DNA of 64,000 bases from Blastocystis sp. Blastoise (taxonomy: Eukaryota > Protista > Bigyra: Opalinata): positions 372,001 through 436,000 of the forward strand of contig JBBPEB010000023.1 in the NCBI GenBank assembly GCA_039096225.1, given 5' to 3'. The notes beneath the pieces were generated by a model that ran no database searches, had not been told where the DNA came from, and saw nothing but the letters and a program-made list of their open reading frames with translations. Of the stretch, positions 1-20,756 are shown one piece after another. The position numbers and the translations under genes were made by a program. The first letter of the stretch is position 1, and each line of letters opens with the position of its first letter.

Positions 1-151
1 GCATTTAATAAGAGGATTCAGAGAAGAAGAAGGAAGCAAACATACACTACATATAGTACTACCACTACCTATATATATATATATATATTATTATATATAT
101 ATATATATATATATATACTATTATTATTATTATATATATTATTATTATATA

Positions 152-208
<57 letters not shown>

Positions 209-300
209 ATTATTATTATTATATACCATTATTATGTTTCGTTCTTTTCATTCTTGCAGTTGTTATTACCTAAAAAGAATAATAAATAGAATCATAATAA

Positions 301-344
<44 letters not shown>

Positions 345-1238
345 TTGTATGGGTACATTATTGATATTCATCGATAACTATATAATAAGCATATAATAAA
401 TATAATAAATACATAATAATAAATATAATAAATATAATAAACAAATAATAATAAATATAACAAATATAATAAATAAATAATAAATAAATAATAAATAATA
501 ATAAATATAATAAATATAATAAACACATTATAATAAGCATAATAAGCATATATATAATAATCATATAACAATAAATATAATAAATATAATAAATAAATAA
601 TAAATATAATATATATACGGGTGTATTATGGATAACATTATTATATATTTTAATTAATTCCATGTTTCCAGTATTAATATTACAAATAACATTACAATCA
701 AATAATCCATATTCATTTTCACCATGTCCAACTAAATATATAATATTTGGAGTATCTTTATATTCTTCACTGTTAATCCAATATTTTTTAAATTGGACAT
801 TATCACCTTGAAAAGACAATCGATATGCTTCATTCACAGGATAACGACTATTTTCATATTTGAAATATCCTTCAAATACACCTGATAACTCAGATATAAG
901 AAGATTCTTTCGATTTTGTAAATAATTAGGATCTGCTTGCTCTTCTGGTGATCGATTCTGAGAATATAATTTATTTAAGACATTTTTATCCTCTTTAGAC
1001 AAAAATGGATGAACAACAGAACTTCGTCTGTAAGAAAAATATCGACGACGCTTCAACACATCTGAAATTTTTGAGATTCTATAATTCCATAATCCTGTCC
1101 ATGATGGTACCTCATCTTCAAAGATTAAATGGCCTTTCATAATTACAGGATTTGCTATAATAGAAATATATTTAGTAATTATTTTCTTTAAAAGATACGT
1201 TCTTCATCTGTAAGCACAATCTCTGTAGTTTCTTTCAT
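1..1238 (-). CDS. Multi-exon hypothetical protein with the start of a PHD-type zinc finger; runs off the left edge
   Basis: ATG at 1238 (MKETTEIVLTDEE), GT-AG introns, large exon containing a GHGENEYGLF motif; last visible exon reads GSGSTICSVCLLPSSSLNPLIKC (C-x2-C...LIxC, PHD-like). Confidence 0.6.
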
Positions 1239-2077
1239 GTTAGTTTACAATAATTATGATAACTAAACCACATAAAACCCTTAAAAGCCTTTTTTATTTT
1301 TTTTCGATTCGAAAACCGCGATATTTTTCGATTTCCCCTCTTTAAAAGGATATTTTTCGATATTGAATGAATATACTCTATTTGCTAACTCGTAGTCTAT
1401 TTAAATAAAGTATGATTGTCAATTTATGTGTTTCTGGGTCATTTATTGCTAAATCATAAGTTTCTAGCAGAAAAAAACTTATGAATTATAATTGTCAGTG
1501 TTAACTGTTTGAATTATACTATTTAAATGAGTGATTTAAGATATCTCAGACTTATATGATTAAACATATGAATTCACGATGAATTTCTCAATGAAAATTG
1601 TCGATTAGTTGTTGATTTTCGCAATTCAAAACTAAAATCAGTGTATATTTATGAGTATTCACATATTAATTCATACATTTATGAAACTAAAAAATAAATT
1701 AATGAGTATTTTGTAATTCAAAAAGTGAATTATTTTTTATATTGCTACTATTTGAATATCTTGTTGTATTATATATATATTCATTTTGAATAGAAATCAT
1801 AATATTATTAAAGAAATAGAAACGACATTTATACTCTATAAAATTAATATATTTCTTTATATGTTCTATTGAACACATTCAAAGATTCAAAAAAGAAATT
1901 AAATATACAATGATTACAAAAAAATCATTGAAAAAAAAAATATATATATTTATTATAAATTAAAATAAAAATTAAAAAATATTTATATAAAAATAAGTAA
2001 TAAAAATTAAAAAAAATAAGAATATTAAAATAACAAAAAACTTCAAAAAATAAAAAAAAATGAAAAAAAAAATTTAT

Positions 2078-3881
2078 TTAAAATCTTGTCCATACTTCAT
2101 AATCTTCAACAATAAAATAATTTTCTAAATCACTTGAATCTGTATTTACAAATAAAGAACTTTGTGGTTTTGAATCTATTTCAGAATAACAAGAAGCGTC
2201 ACAATAGGAAAGATCATTATTATGACAATCGTCAGATATATAGATATCATCTAATCCAAATTGAGGACCATAAGAAGAATAACAACCTATTCCACAACTA
2301 GTATCTTTACTAGTATAATCATATTTAGTAGGAGGAATACCATGTTCATTACTTAAGGTAAATATAAACTCATTAGAATATGGCTTATAACCTATATATA
2401 TATGTTATTATTATTATTATCATTTTTATTATGTTTATTAATATTAATAATATAATCTTTATTATTTATAAAACACATTTAAAATAAATATATAAACAAT
2501 ATTAATATAAATATAATTCTATAATTCTGTATATACTTTCCGAAACATCCCAACTTCTTGTAGTATATCCTCCAAATATATTTAATAAATGATCATGACC
2601 TATATGTTTTATTATAGTTACTGTTTCTCCTTTATTATCACAATATTTATGGAATTCACTTGCTTTATATTCATGTTCACTTGCTCTATATATATATATA
2701 TAAATTTCATTTAAGAAACGAAAAAAAATATTATTTATATTAAAAAGAAAAAATAAACATAATTATATTAAATAAAATATATAATAACAGTAAAAAAAAT
2801 ACCTAAATAATAATTTCCATCTATTTCCTTTACCTATTAAATCAATAAGCCATTTTTCCATGATTTTATTCTTTAATACAGTTGTACCTCTAAAAAATTT
2901 AAATGGAATCATTCCTTCTTTTACTTGTTTCTTTCCTTTATAACCAAATAAATCATACATTTCATTCTCTAATAACTCCTTATGAATATCATTAATCTTT
3001 TCGGTTTCTACATCTATGGTTCCATTCTTGATATATTCATATATATATTCAATATATTCATATTTCTTATTCATATATAAACTATCGTCAACAGGATTAT
3101 AATTAACAAATCCATTATCATAATTCTTAATATAATTATCCCAAAAACCATTCTTTACCAAATAATCCCTTATAATTGTATCTTTCTTATTATTCACAAA
3201 TAATGTTATTTTATTACCTTCTTCATATTTCTTCTTTTTCAAATCTCTTCTTTCTCTACAATTAACTAATGTTACTGGTAGAGGTAAATTACAAAACTCA
3301 AATAAATCTAATATTTCTAATTGTTCTTCATATTTACATTTATCAAAATCAACTTTCTTGTTATTCAGAAAATCTAATAAATAATAAACAGAAGCATCAT
3401 TACCTTCATAACCTAAAAAAATAGTTCCATCACTTGTTCGATAATCTTCTGAACGTTGTTCACTTATATAAGAACCTTCATAGCTATCTAATATATTCTT
3501 TGATATCTCAAAAATTGGACCAGTATTTGTAAAACGAATCGAATCCATTTCATCACCATCATCTTTGCTATTTCTTTTAGTATCACATTCATTAGCATCT
3601 AAACTATCACAATCGGAATTATAGGAACTACTCACATTTCTATTCATCTTCTTTTTATGAATAAACTCATTGAGACTAGAGAAATTATTTCTTTTACTTT
3701 CAACGGAATCACAACCAATACGCTTAAGAAGACGATCTATCGATTCACCAGAATGAACGCCAAAACTCATCACAGAAGACAATACATTCATTACATCGTT
3801 CAATAATTCTTCATAAACAGTAATATCCTGCTTCAGCTGATCGAGGTTATAATGATTTACAAATAAATTTGAATTTACCAT
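2078..3881 (-). CDS. TLDc-domain protein with N-terminal coiled coil and BTB/POZ-like regions (paralogue 1)
   Basis: Spliced product includes WKLLFRASEHEYKASEFHKYCDNKGETV, IFGGYT, GPQFG..DIYISDDC and EDYEVW (TLDc motifs); introns at about 2686-2802 and 2392-2536; TAA at 2078-2080. Confidence 0.88.
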
Positions 3882-4399
3882 TCTCACTTAGTCTTCAAAA
3901 TAATAAAACAAATTTATCATGTTCATGAAAATGCAAAAATAACTGAATGACGTTAGTTTATAGTTATTTTCGTTTCTCTCATCATTATTCTATTTAAAAA
4001 ACTTTATTCATCATGTATAGATATATTTTTTTCTATGTATATAATAGTTTTACATAAATCATTTTTTTCATTTATTGTTAATTTCCTTGTATTATTCTTT
4101 TAATTGCATTCTTGTTACATATTTATCAATAATTTAAACTTTATATAACATTTCATTTTAGTCTATCCGATCATTATTCTTAATCTTTTTATTATTAGCA
4201 GAGTAAACAAAATAAAAAATAAAAGTAATACATATAAAACTATTTTAGAATCTTTTAATAAAGCTAAATTTTATTAATAATTAATAAAAAAATAAATTAG
4301 CAAATAATTTAATAAAATTTTAAAATATATACTTGTGGATAATAAAAAGAAATATATATATGATAATCAATATATAAAAATAATTAGTAAATATAAATA

Positions 4400-4938
4400 T
4401 TAAACTTTTCCCCAAACTTCATACTCTTCAATAGTAAAATTTCTATGATGTATATCCTTTTCATCAAATGTATATCTATTTCCACGGTTATTGGGATTTG
4501 ATGGACCTTTTTCAGGAGTATTTGTAAATATACCGCCGTTTTGAGGGATATTAGCTTCTGCATAACTATCAGCCTCACAGTATGAATTAGCAGTATAATG
4601 GCAATTATCTGAAATATAAATATCTTTATTATAACCAAATTGAGGACCAGAGGAAGAAGAACATAATATACCATAGCCACTTCCAGTATGATCATATTTA
4701 GTAGGAGGAACACCATGTTCATTACTTAATGTAAATAGAAACTCATTAGAATATGATTTACTATTGCCTGAACTTTCCCAATCTTGATCTGTGTATCCAC
4801 CAAATATATTAATATGATCATTTTTACCTATATGTTTAATTAATACTACTGTTTCTCCTTTTTTATCACAATATTTATGGAATTGATGAGCTAAATAATT
4901 ATGTTCACTTGCTCTATATACATAATAACAATAATAAC

Positions 4939-5012
<74 letters not shown>

Positions 5013-6028
5013 TAATCATACCTAAATAATAATTTCCATTTCTTTTCTTTCCCTAACCAATTGACCAATGGAATTTCAAGTTCTTTATTAACAATAGACG
5101 AATTTTTGAAATAGCCATCACTCATTACTTCTTTTACTTGTTTCTTTCCTTTATAACCAAATAAATCATACATTTCATTCTCTAATAATTCTTTATGAAT
5201 ATCATTAATCTTATCTGCTTCTATATTTATGGTTCCATTCTTGATATATTCATATATATATTCAATATATTCATATTTCTTATCTATATATACTTGATTT
5301 GTAATATGATTATAATTAACAAATCCATTATCATAATTCATTACATAATTAGTCCATTTATTACATTCTTTCAAATAATCACTTAGTATAGAATCTTGCT
5401 TATTATTTACATATAATAATACTTTATCATCATCTTTATATTTTATTTTATTTGGTCGATCTCTTCTTTCTCTACAATCTACCAATTCTAAAGGAATAGA
5501 CAGATTACAAAACTCAAATAAATTCAAGAATTCTAATTGGTCTTCATAGGAATAATCATGAAAAGAAATATATTTCCCATTTAAATAATCAAGAAAAGAA
5601 TATACAAAACCATCATTTCCATCATAGCCTAAATATATATTTCCATCGTTTGTTCTCAATTCTTTAGCACTTTGCTCATATATATAGGAACCATATAGAG
5701 AATCGATCACTTGTTTTGATATTTGAAAGAGAGGACCATTGTTCGTAAATCGAATCAAATCTGTATCTTTCTTACTATTCATATTTTCATTATTCCTACT
5801 ACCATAAACATATTTCTTTTCAAGTGAACGATTTTCATATGTTTTTTGAGTACAATCTTCATTCATATGTTTAATGAGTCTATTAATTGACATTTCAGAA
5901 TGAATACCCAAATTCATTACAGATGAGAATACATTTGTGACGTCTTTGATCAATTCTTCGTATGCATCGATATCCTCCTTCAGTTTATTAAATCGAGAAG
6001 CATCAAAAGAAACTCTCTCTTTCACCAT
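4400..6028 (-). CDS. TLDc-domain protein with BTB/POZ-like regions (paralogue 2)
   Basis: Collinear with paralogue 1 (IRFTNxGPxFxISK, LFEFCNL, YEYIEYIYEYIKNGTI); TLDc motifs FHKYCD, FGGYT, GPQFG, EEYEVW; a single intron at 4914-5021 accounts for the poly-Tyr run in the ORF track. Confidence 0.88.
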
Positions 6029-6246
6029 TCTTTCTTATATCATAAAAAGAAAAACTTAAAAACGAAATCCTATGTTTTCATGATAATTTATGAATTATTC
6101 CCTTTATTTCTATATATAATCCAAAAAAAGTATTAGGAAGTTTTAGAAACTTGTTTGTTCGTCAATAGATAGTGGAATCCATTATGTATTTTTATTTAGG
6201 TTAGCTCATACCTATTACAAGCAAGATTCCTATTCTAAACTAGACA

Positions 6247-8032
6247 ATGAGTGATCCAATTGACAGTCAAACGAAAGATCAGCAAGGTATGAGTATGAAG
6301 TTATTCATATCATAATAATAAATATCTTTAGTCACTTTTTTATTTCAAGATGAAACTCGTGTAAATATTCCATTGAGTATTTTAAAGAAATATCCAAAAT
6401 CTCTCTTGTCTGTTACATATGAAAAACCAAGCAATTATAAAAGAGATGAATGTGCTTATTGCATGGATTTTCCATCTCTTGCAACTGATCAATTATCTCA
6501 GTTCATCGCAGGCAAAGTTTCCATGGAGTCAATGACAATTCATGATATTATTATTATATACAAAACAATTGAATTTTATTTTGCAGATGAGGATACTGAT
6601 TTTGGAATAAATACATATAATTATCTTTGGAATCAATTCTTGTTGTTTTTGAAACAAACAAATTGTGAACTGTATGTGATATATATATATATATTATTAA
6701 TTTTTTAGAGATACATATCAACCAAGTACTAACCATCAATTATTTATAACTGGTATATATATATAAATTATTTTTTATTAATATTATTTATAGATTTTTT
6801 CACTGAAACTAGATATCAATTATTTCAGAAATATTCAGAATTATTTGATTTCTTTAATATAACATGTATAGATGCAAAATGTAAATATTTTTTATAAATA
6901 AACTTGAAATTTTGAAATTTTTAGATATATTTAATGATATATATATATATATATAGATTTATTTGATGTAGATATTCCTTATGAATATATATATCCATCA
7001 AATTTACATGAATTATTTCCTAAATTAGAAAACTATAAAATCTTATGTATATATTATAATATATAATATGTAATTTAATATATACTCTAATATATATATT
7101 ATAATATATAATATGTGATTTAATTATATTATAATATTATTTATAGTTGAATATTATACTGAAAAGAAAGAGATACGTGTGCCTCCTTCTGATTCTCATT
7201 ATACTATATTATATAAAGAGTATAAACGTTTATATTATGAGACGAATTATCCTGAAGCTTATGAACAATATATGGATAATCAACCTGACATAGATAAAAT
7301 AAATTGTTTATATGATGATGAAATAAGAATATCTACTGTAAATAATCAAAAGGAAACTAATAATAAGAATAGAAAACATAAAAGTTCTTATAAATCAAAA
7401 CGTATAAATATTGATAAAGAGATAGCACAAGAGAAACAAGAAGATAAACCAGATTTATATGTACTCTCTCTTTCTGATTATTCCCGTGAATATAATGAGA
7501 AGAAAAGAAACGAAAAAATAAAAGACAATAATGATGAAGATAAAAGAAAGATTTCACTTGAATTTTTATATAAAGATGAAGAAGGAAGTATATATATATA
7601 TATATATTTGTATTGAATATATATATGTATCTGTATATAGAACAAGATTTTATTCATCCTATTTTAGAGTATATTAATAGTAATATATAATATCAATATA
7701 ATTATTTTATTCTTATTCTTTATATATATATATATATATTTTCTTAGTTTATCTGATAATATTAGTAACGATGTTCTTACTTATATATTACATTTACCTA
7801 TTTGTAAATATATTAAAGATTTAAAAACTAAAAGTATTTATATATATATATTTAGTACTCTATTTTTTCTATTTTCTTATGTATATTTATTTTTATTGAT
7901 TAATTATTATCTTATATATAGTAACTCAATCAGTAAAATTACAATTAAATATACCGCCATTACTAATGGCGCTAAAAGATGGAATTCTTGATAATTTACA
8001 AATATTATATATTGATACTTGTATATACATAG

Positions 8033-8101
<69 letters not shown>

Positions 8102-8251
8102 GTTGTTTTATCAAGTTCATATCCTGAGTATATACAATTATTTAAAGATATCATTTCAACTCATATATTCACAAATATTACAACAATAAAAATTGATTGT
8201 ATATATAATATTCTATATAAATTTACATTTATTTATTTATATTTATTTATG

Positions 8252-8283
<32 letters not shown>

Positions 8284-10391
8284 CTATATAAATTTACATT
8301 TATTTATTTATATTTATTTATATATATATATCTTTTTATTTATTTAGATATTCATGATAATCATCCTTCTGATTCAGAGAAACAAGATATTTTATTATAT
8401 AAACAAATATTATCATTAATAACAAAAGTGAATTTTCCAAATTTACATATATATGATTTTCAAAATTATATACAACGAATATATCTCGATGAAACTGAGA
8501 ATAAACTTCAATTTTTATTTCCTCTTTCTTTGTTAAATATTATAGATACAATAGTATTTATAGATAAGAAAAATGAAAATAAACCATTTTTTATATTTAA
8601 AGAAAAAGTATTAAATAATATTTTAAATACAATTAAAACTCATCAAATTACTATTAAGAGTATATATTATATATATTATCGTATACTTATTATTATATAG
8701 CTAATATAAATATTCACCTATATAATAAATTATGGAAATCTCTTTATGATTCTGGAATATTAGATATATATACACTCTATTTTAATTGTATATATTTATA
8801 CTATTCTCTATTTTATTCTATTTTAGTTATACTCTATAATCATTTATATAGTTAGTGATATTGTAGAATATCGAGATTTTGATTCTTCTCTTTATAATTC
8901 TTGTGAATTCACATGTGAATATCTGCATTTACGTATGTTATTAAATCAATATAATTATAAGTATAGTAATAATTATTATTATTATATAAATATTATTGTT
9001 TTAATAATAATAATAAGTATTTATAATAATATGTATAATAATGATAATAATAATAAGTATTTTAATATATTATAGGCATGAATACAACGTATTATAATAT
9101 ATTAAATGAAATTAAAGAAATATTTCAAAATTTGAATTGCTCAAAATTACAAACAGTATTAATAGAATGTATATATATATATATAACTATTATATATATA
9201 TACATATATATATAGTAAGTAATTTAAAAAATATGAATATATATTTAAAAGAATATTTCACTCTTTTCTCAACATTAAATTATAATACTGTTAAAACATT
9301 AACTATTAGTAAGTATTCAATATATATTATTGTTATTATACTTATTATTATACTTATTATTACTTATTATTATACTTATTATTATACTTATTATTAATTT
9401 TATTATTATACTTATTATTATACTTATTATTAATGTTATAATTATACTTATTATTAATGTTATTATTATACATATTATTAATATTATTATTATACTTATT
9501 CTTATTACTATTATAGATAGTACAAACTGGAATGACATTGCAATAAAAGGTACAATTGATGATGACACGAAGTCTCTATTATATAAATTCTTCTCTTTAT
9601 TTACAAATAATATCACTACTCTTAGCATATCATGTATGTTTATATAATTCTAAATTTTATTTTTATATTTATTAATAACAAATATATATATATTAATAAT
9701 CTATTCTATCTATAGTAGACTTTTTAGTAGAATATATATTAGATTCGTGTTCTGATTTACCTTTTTGAAAAAATACTGAAAACTTAACACTTAATATTTG
9801 TATATATATATATATATATATATATAGCTAATGCTATTGAAATGAGCCATATATTGAATTATATATATAAATGTATCGTTGATAATAAAATACCCAAATT
9901 AAAGTCATTAACTATTCTCTATTACAGTAAGTATTATTAGTATATATATAAAATAATAATATATAATATATATAAAATAATCATTATTATACTTATTCTA
10001 ATATTTATTATTATTATACTTATCTATATAGACAATTTTTCACAAAATGACTATTTGACGCCTCTATATACATTTATCGAATCATTTAAAACTTCTTCAT
10101 CAATTTCTCTTCCTTTTCTCAATAAATTTTATATACATATAATTAGTATATACATAATATGAATTCATTTTCTATATATATATATATATATATATATAGA
10201 TGACCATAATTGGATTAATATTTATAATGTTTTTGAATTGTTTCCCTCTTTTTCTTATTATTTATATAAACATATTGATTCTGTCGTAATGAGTAATAAA
10301 CCAATTATTTATTATAATATTAAGAATACTTATAATAATTATATATATAATATGCTTCAACTAGAATATACAAACAATATTATATACTTAG

Positions 10392-10465
<74 letters not shown>

Positions 10466-10786
10466 CTATTTAGATACTTTTAATGATTTAAATATATATA
10501 TATCTAGTTATTACTGATGATTCATTTATGAATAATATAATGAATTTACTGTCATCAAAAACGTTCCCATATTTAAAATATATAACAATGAAATTTAAAT
10601 GTAATTATCATTATATATATTGTTTATTCATATATTATATATTATTTATTCATTATTTATATATTATATTCAATTTATTTTTATGTATTATTTATTTATT
10701 ATATAGTTGAAGTTGAATCTTCAAGTTATCAATCGGATATTGATAAACTTATTGCTCAAAAGCAATATACTATTAGAATTGAATAA
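6247..10786 (+). pseudogene. BTB-like N-terminus followed by degenerate LRR-like repeats (about 19 exons); truncated or decaying gene with an in-frame TGA at 9766-9768
   Basis: VTFLFQDETRVNIPLSILKKYPKSLL is a BTB-like start; exons end in LxxLxI-like units with mostly phase-1 GT-AG introns. The frame continues across several exons past the TGA to TAA at 10784-10786. One expected donor near 10398 lacks its G. Confidence 0.55.
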
Positions 10787-11475
10787 ATTTTGATATATAT
10801 ATTATATTTAATTATTTTGTAATTTATATTCTTATCCATAATAAGTATCTTGTTCCTATATATATAATTGTATTTATATTTTTATATCCTATTTTCTTAT
10901 TTATGTTTTTTTTGTATTTATAACTATATAATAATATTTTTCACTAAAATTATTTTGTATTATAACTCAATTTGTTTAATATATATAATTAATAAAGTCA
11001 TGAATTCTATGATATTTCACAACAAATGATAATCACTATTATGAGATAATATTGTTAATCTTATTATTTGAGTATATACAGTAGTTACTTTTATATATTT
11101 TATGGATATTTTTTGAAATCTAAATATTTAGATAATAATAATTTATTATTATGAAAAATAATGCATCAAAATATATAAGTGGATAATGTTTATATTCGTT
11201 TTAAATCTATTTTATAGATTTATATAAATTCTTTTATTCTTGAATAATGTTATTTATTAGTATAGCATCATATATGTGATTATATAATATATATATTATA
11301 CTCTATAAAACGAAACATAATGATTATGATCAAAATAGAATAGCGAAATCATTTTTGTATATATGAATGTATATTGATAAAATCAATAAATGAGAAAAAT
11401 TCAATTTTATTGTGTTTAAAAAAATATGAAATAAAAGTGTAGAAAATTTGATATATATATATATATATAATATAT

Positions 11476-19413
<7,938 letters not shown>

Positions 19414-19592
19414 TTCTCCTTAATTTTGATTTTAAAACAGTTAATTAAAAGAGATATTACCAGATAAAAAGGTTTAAAAAAAAAACCAACCCAATGATGA
19501 CGATTATCTCTATGAATAACCGCCAATAATGATAGATTCCCATAAATATACTCTTCTACTCATTTTTTCAAAAAAAAAATAAAATTAAAAAT

Positions 19593-19665
19593 TTCCTACA
19601 CCGGGAATCGAACCCGGTTCTGCTGGGTGAGAGCCAACTATCCTAACCAAGTAGACTATGTAGGA
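19593..19665 (-). tRNA. tRNA-Glu (anticodon CTC)
   Basis: Minus strand TCCTACATAGTCTACTTGGTTAGGATAGTTGGCTCTCACCCAGCAGAACCGGGTTCGATTCCCGGTGTAGGAA: 7-bp acceptor stem, GGTTCGATTCC T-arm, anticodon loop CT-CTC-AC, oligo-T Pol III terminator just downstream. Confidence 0.96.
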
Positions 19666-20167
19666 ATCTGAAATTAACTTTTTATCTATTCTTATGATAT
19701 GCACACATATACATAATTTACTCGTTTCTATATCATAAAGAGTTAATATTTTATAATTTGATTCAACAAGTATACAACAAAGTTTACATAGCAATTTAGG
19801 CTTATTTTATTATTGATAGAATAATCATGATGATACAAGTATATATCGAGAAATTTTTATCAATATTTAGTTGCTGAACAACCTATACAAATAGTATGTT
19901 TTCCAGTGTAATTTTATGTCACTTATAGTCATGATATGATATTATAAATAGTATATATAACATAAACAAGAATATTATTGATTTTTTATGAATTAGACTT
20001 TTTATTCAATAAAAAAAAGATCTTTGATAAAATAAACACAACACAAAAAGATCGTTAGTAGTACCATTATCTATAAATATTTTTTAAAGAAAGAATAGAA
20101 AAGCACTTTGATAAACAAGCATAAAAGCAGTTTTTCTTAGTGAAGAATCTGAGTTTTTCTATTATTT

Positions 20168-20756
20168 TTAAATAAGTATAGCACTTAAGAATCCAAAGAG
20201 TAATCCATCAAAGAAGAAGAAAAGGAAAATAATTAAAAACACTCCACCACAAGAGCTTGGATTCATATCACAACATTTTGCTACTATTGTATATGAAAGA
20301 TAATAGCATCCAACCATTAGAAGAATACCTATGATCACTCCAATGATATACGCAAACGTATCTAAATGTTGATTAAAAACAAATAATATAGTTATATATA
20401 CCTCCTGATCCACTAAAGACTTGACTTGGTTTATCTAAAGTCATGAATAGTATATAGATAAGTGTTAAAAGTTACCAAAAGGAACAATTTCAGAATTGTT
20501 TACAGGTTGAGAATTAGCTATCAATTGAGAAGATTCTAAGTGGATAGCAACAAGAAAAGCATCTACATACCTTTTCCTAGTTTTTCAGTATCTATACGTA
20601 TCATTTATAAGTTGAATATGTATAATAAAAAATACCTGAGAAATCAACCACATCTGATGAGGCTCTTACTAGGTTCATTATCATAATAGCATTTATATAT
20701 ATACAACTAGCACTCACAATAGCAATAAAAAAGAAAATAGCAATAAAAGACTTCAT
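20168..20756 (-). CDS. Small signal-peptide protein with two C-terminal transmembrane segments, six short exons
   Basis: MKSFIAIFFFIAIVSA signal peptide; five phase-1 GT-AG introns join in frame to DTFAYIIGVIIGILLMVGCYY...GGVFLIIFLFFFFDGLLFGFLSAILI*. Confidence 0.7.

Noticed and set aside
1157-1198. GTATCTTT donor as a second U12 intron (also GTATCTTA near 60130)
   Set aside because: No TCCTTAAY-like branch box near the acceptor.
19585-19794. 69-aa ORF
   Set aside because: Overlaps the tRNA-Glu gene; no coding features.
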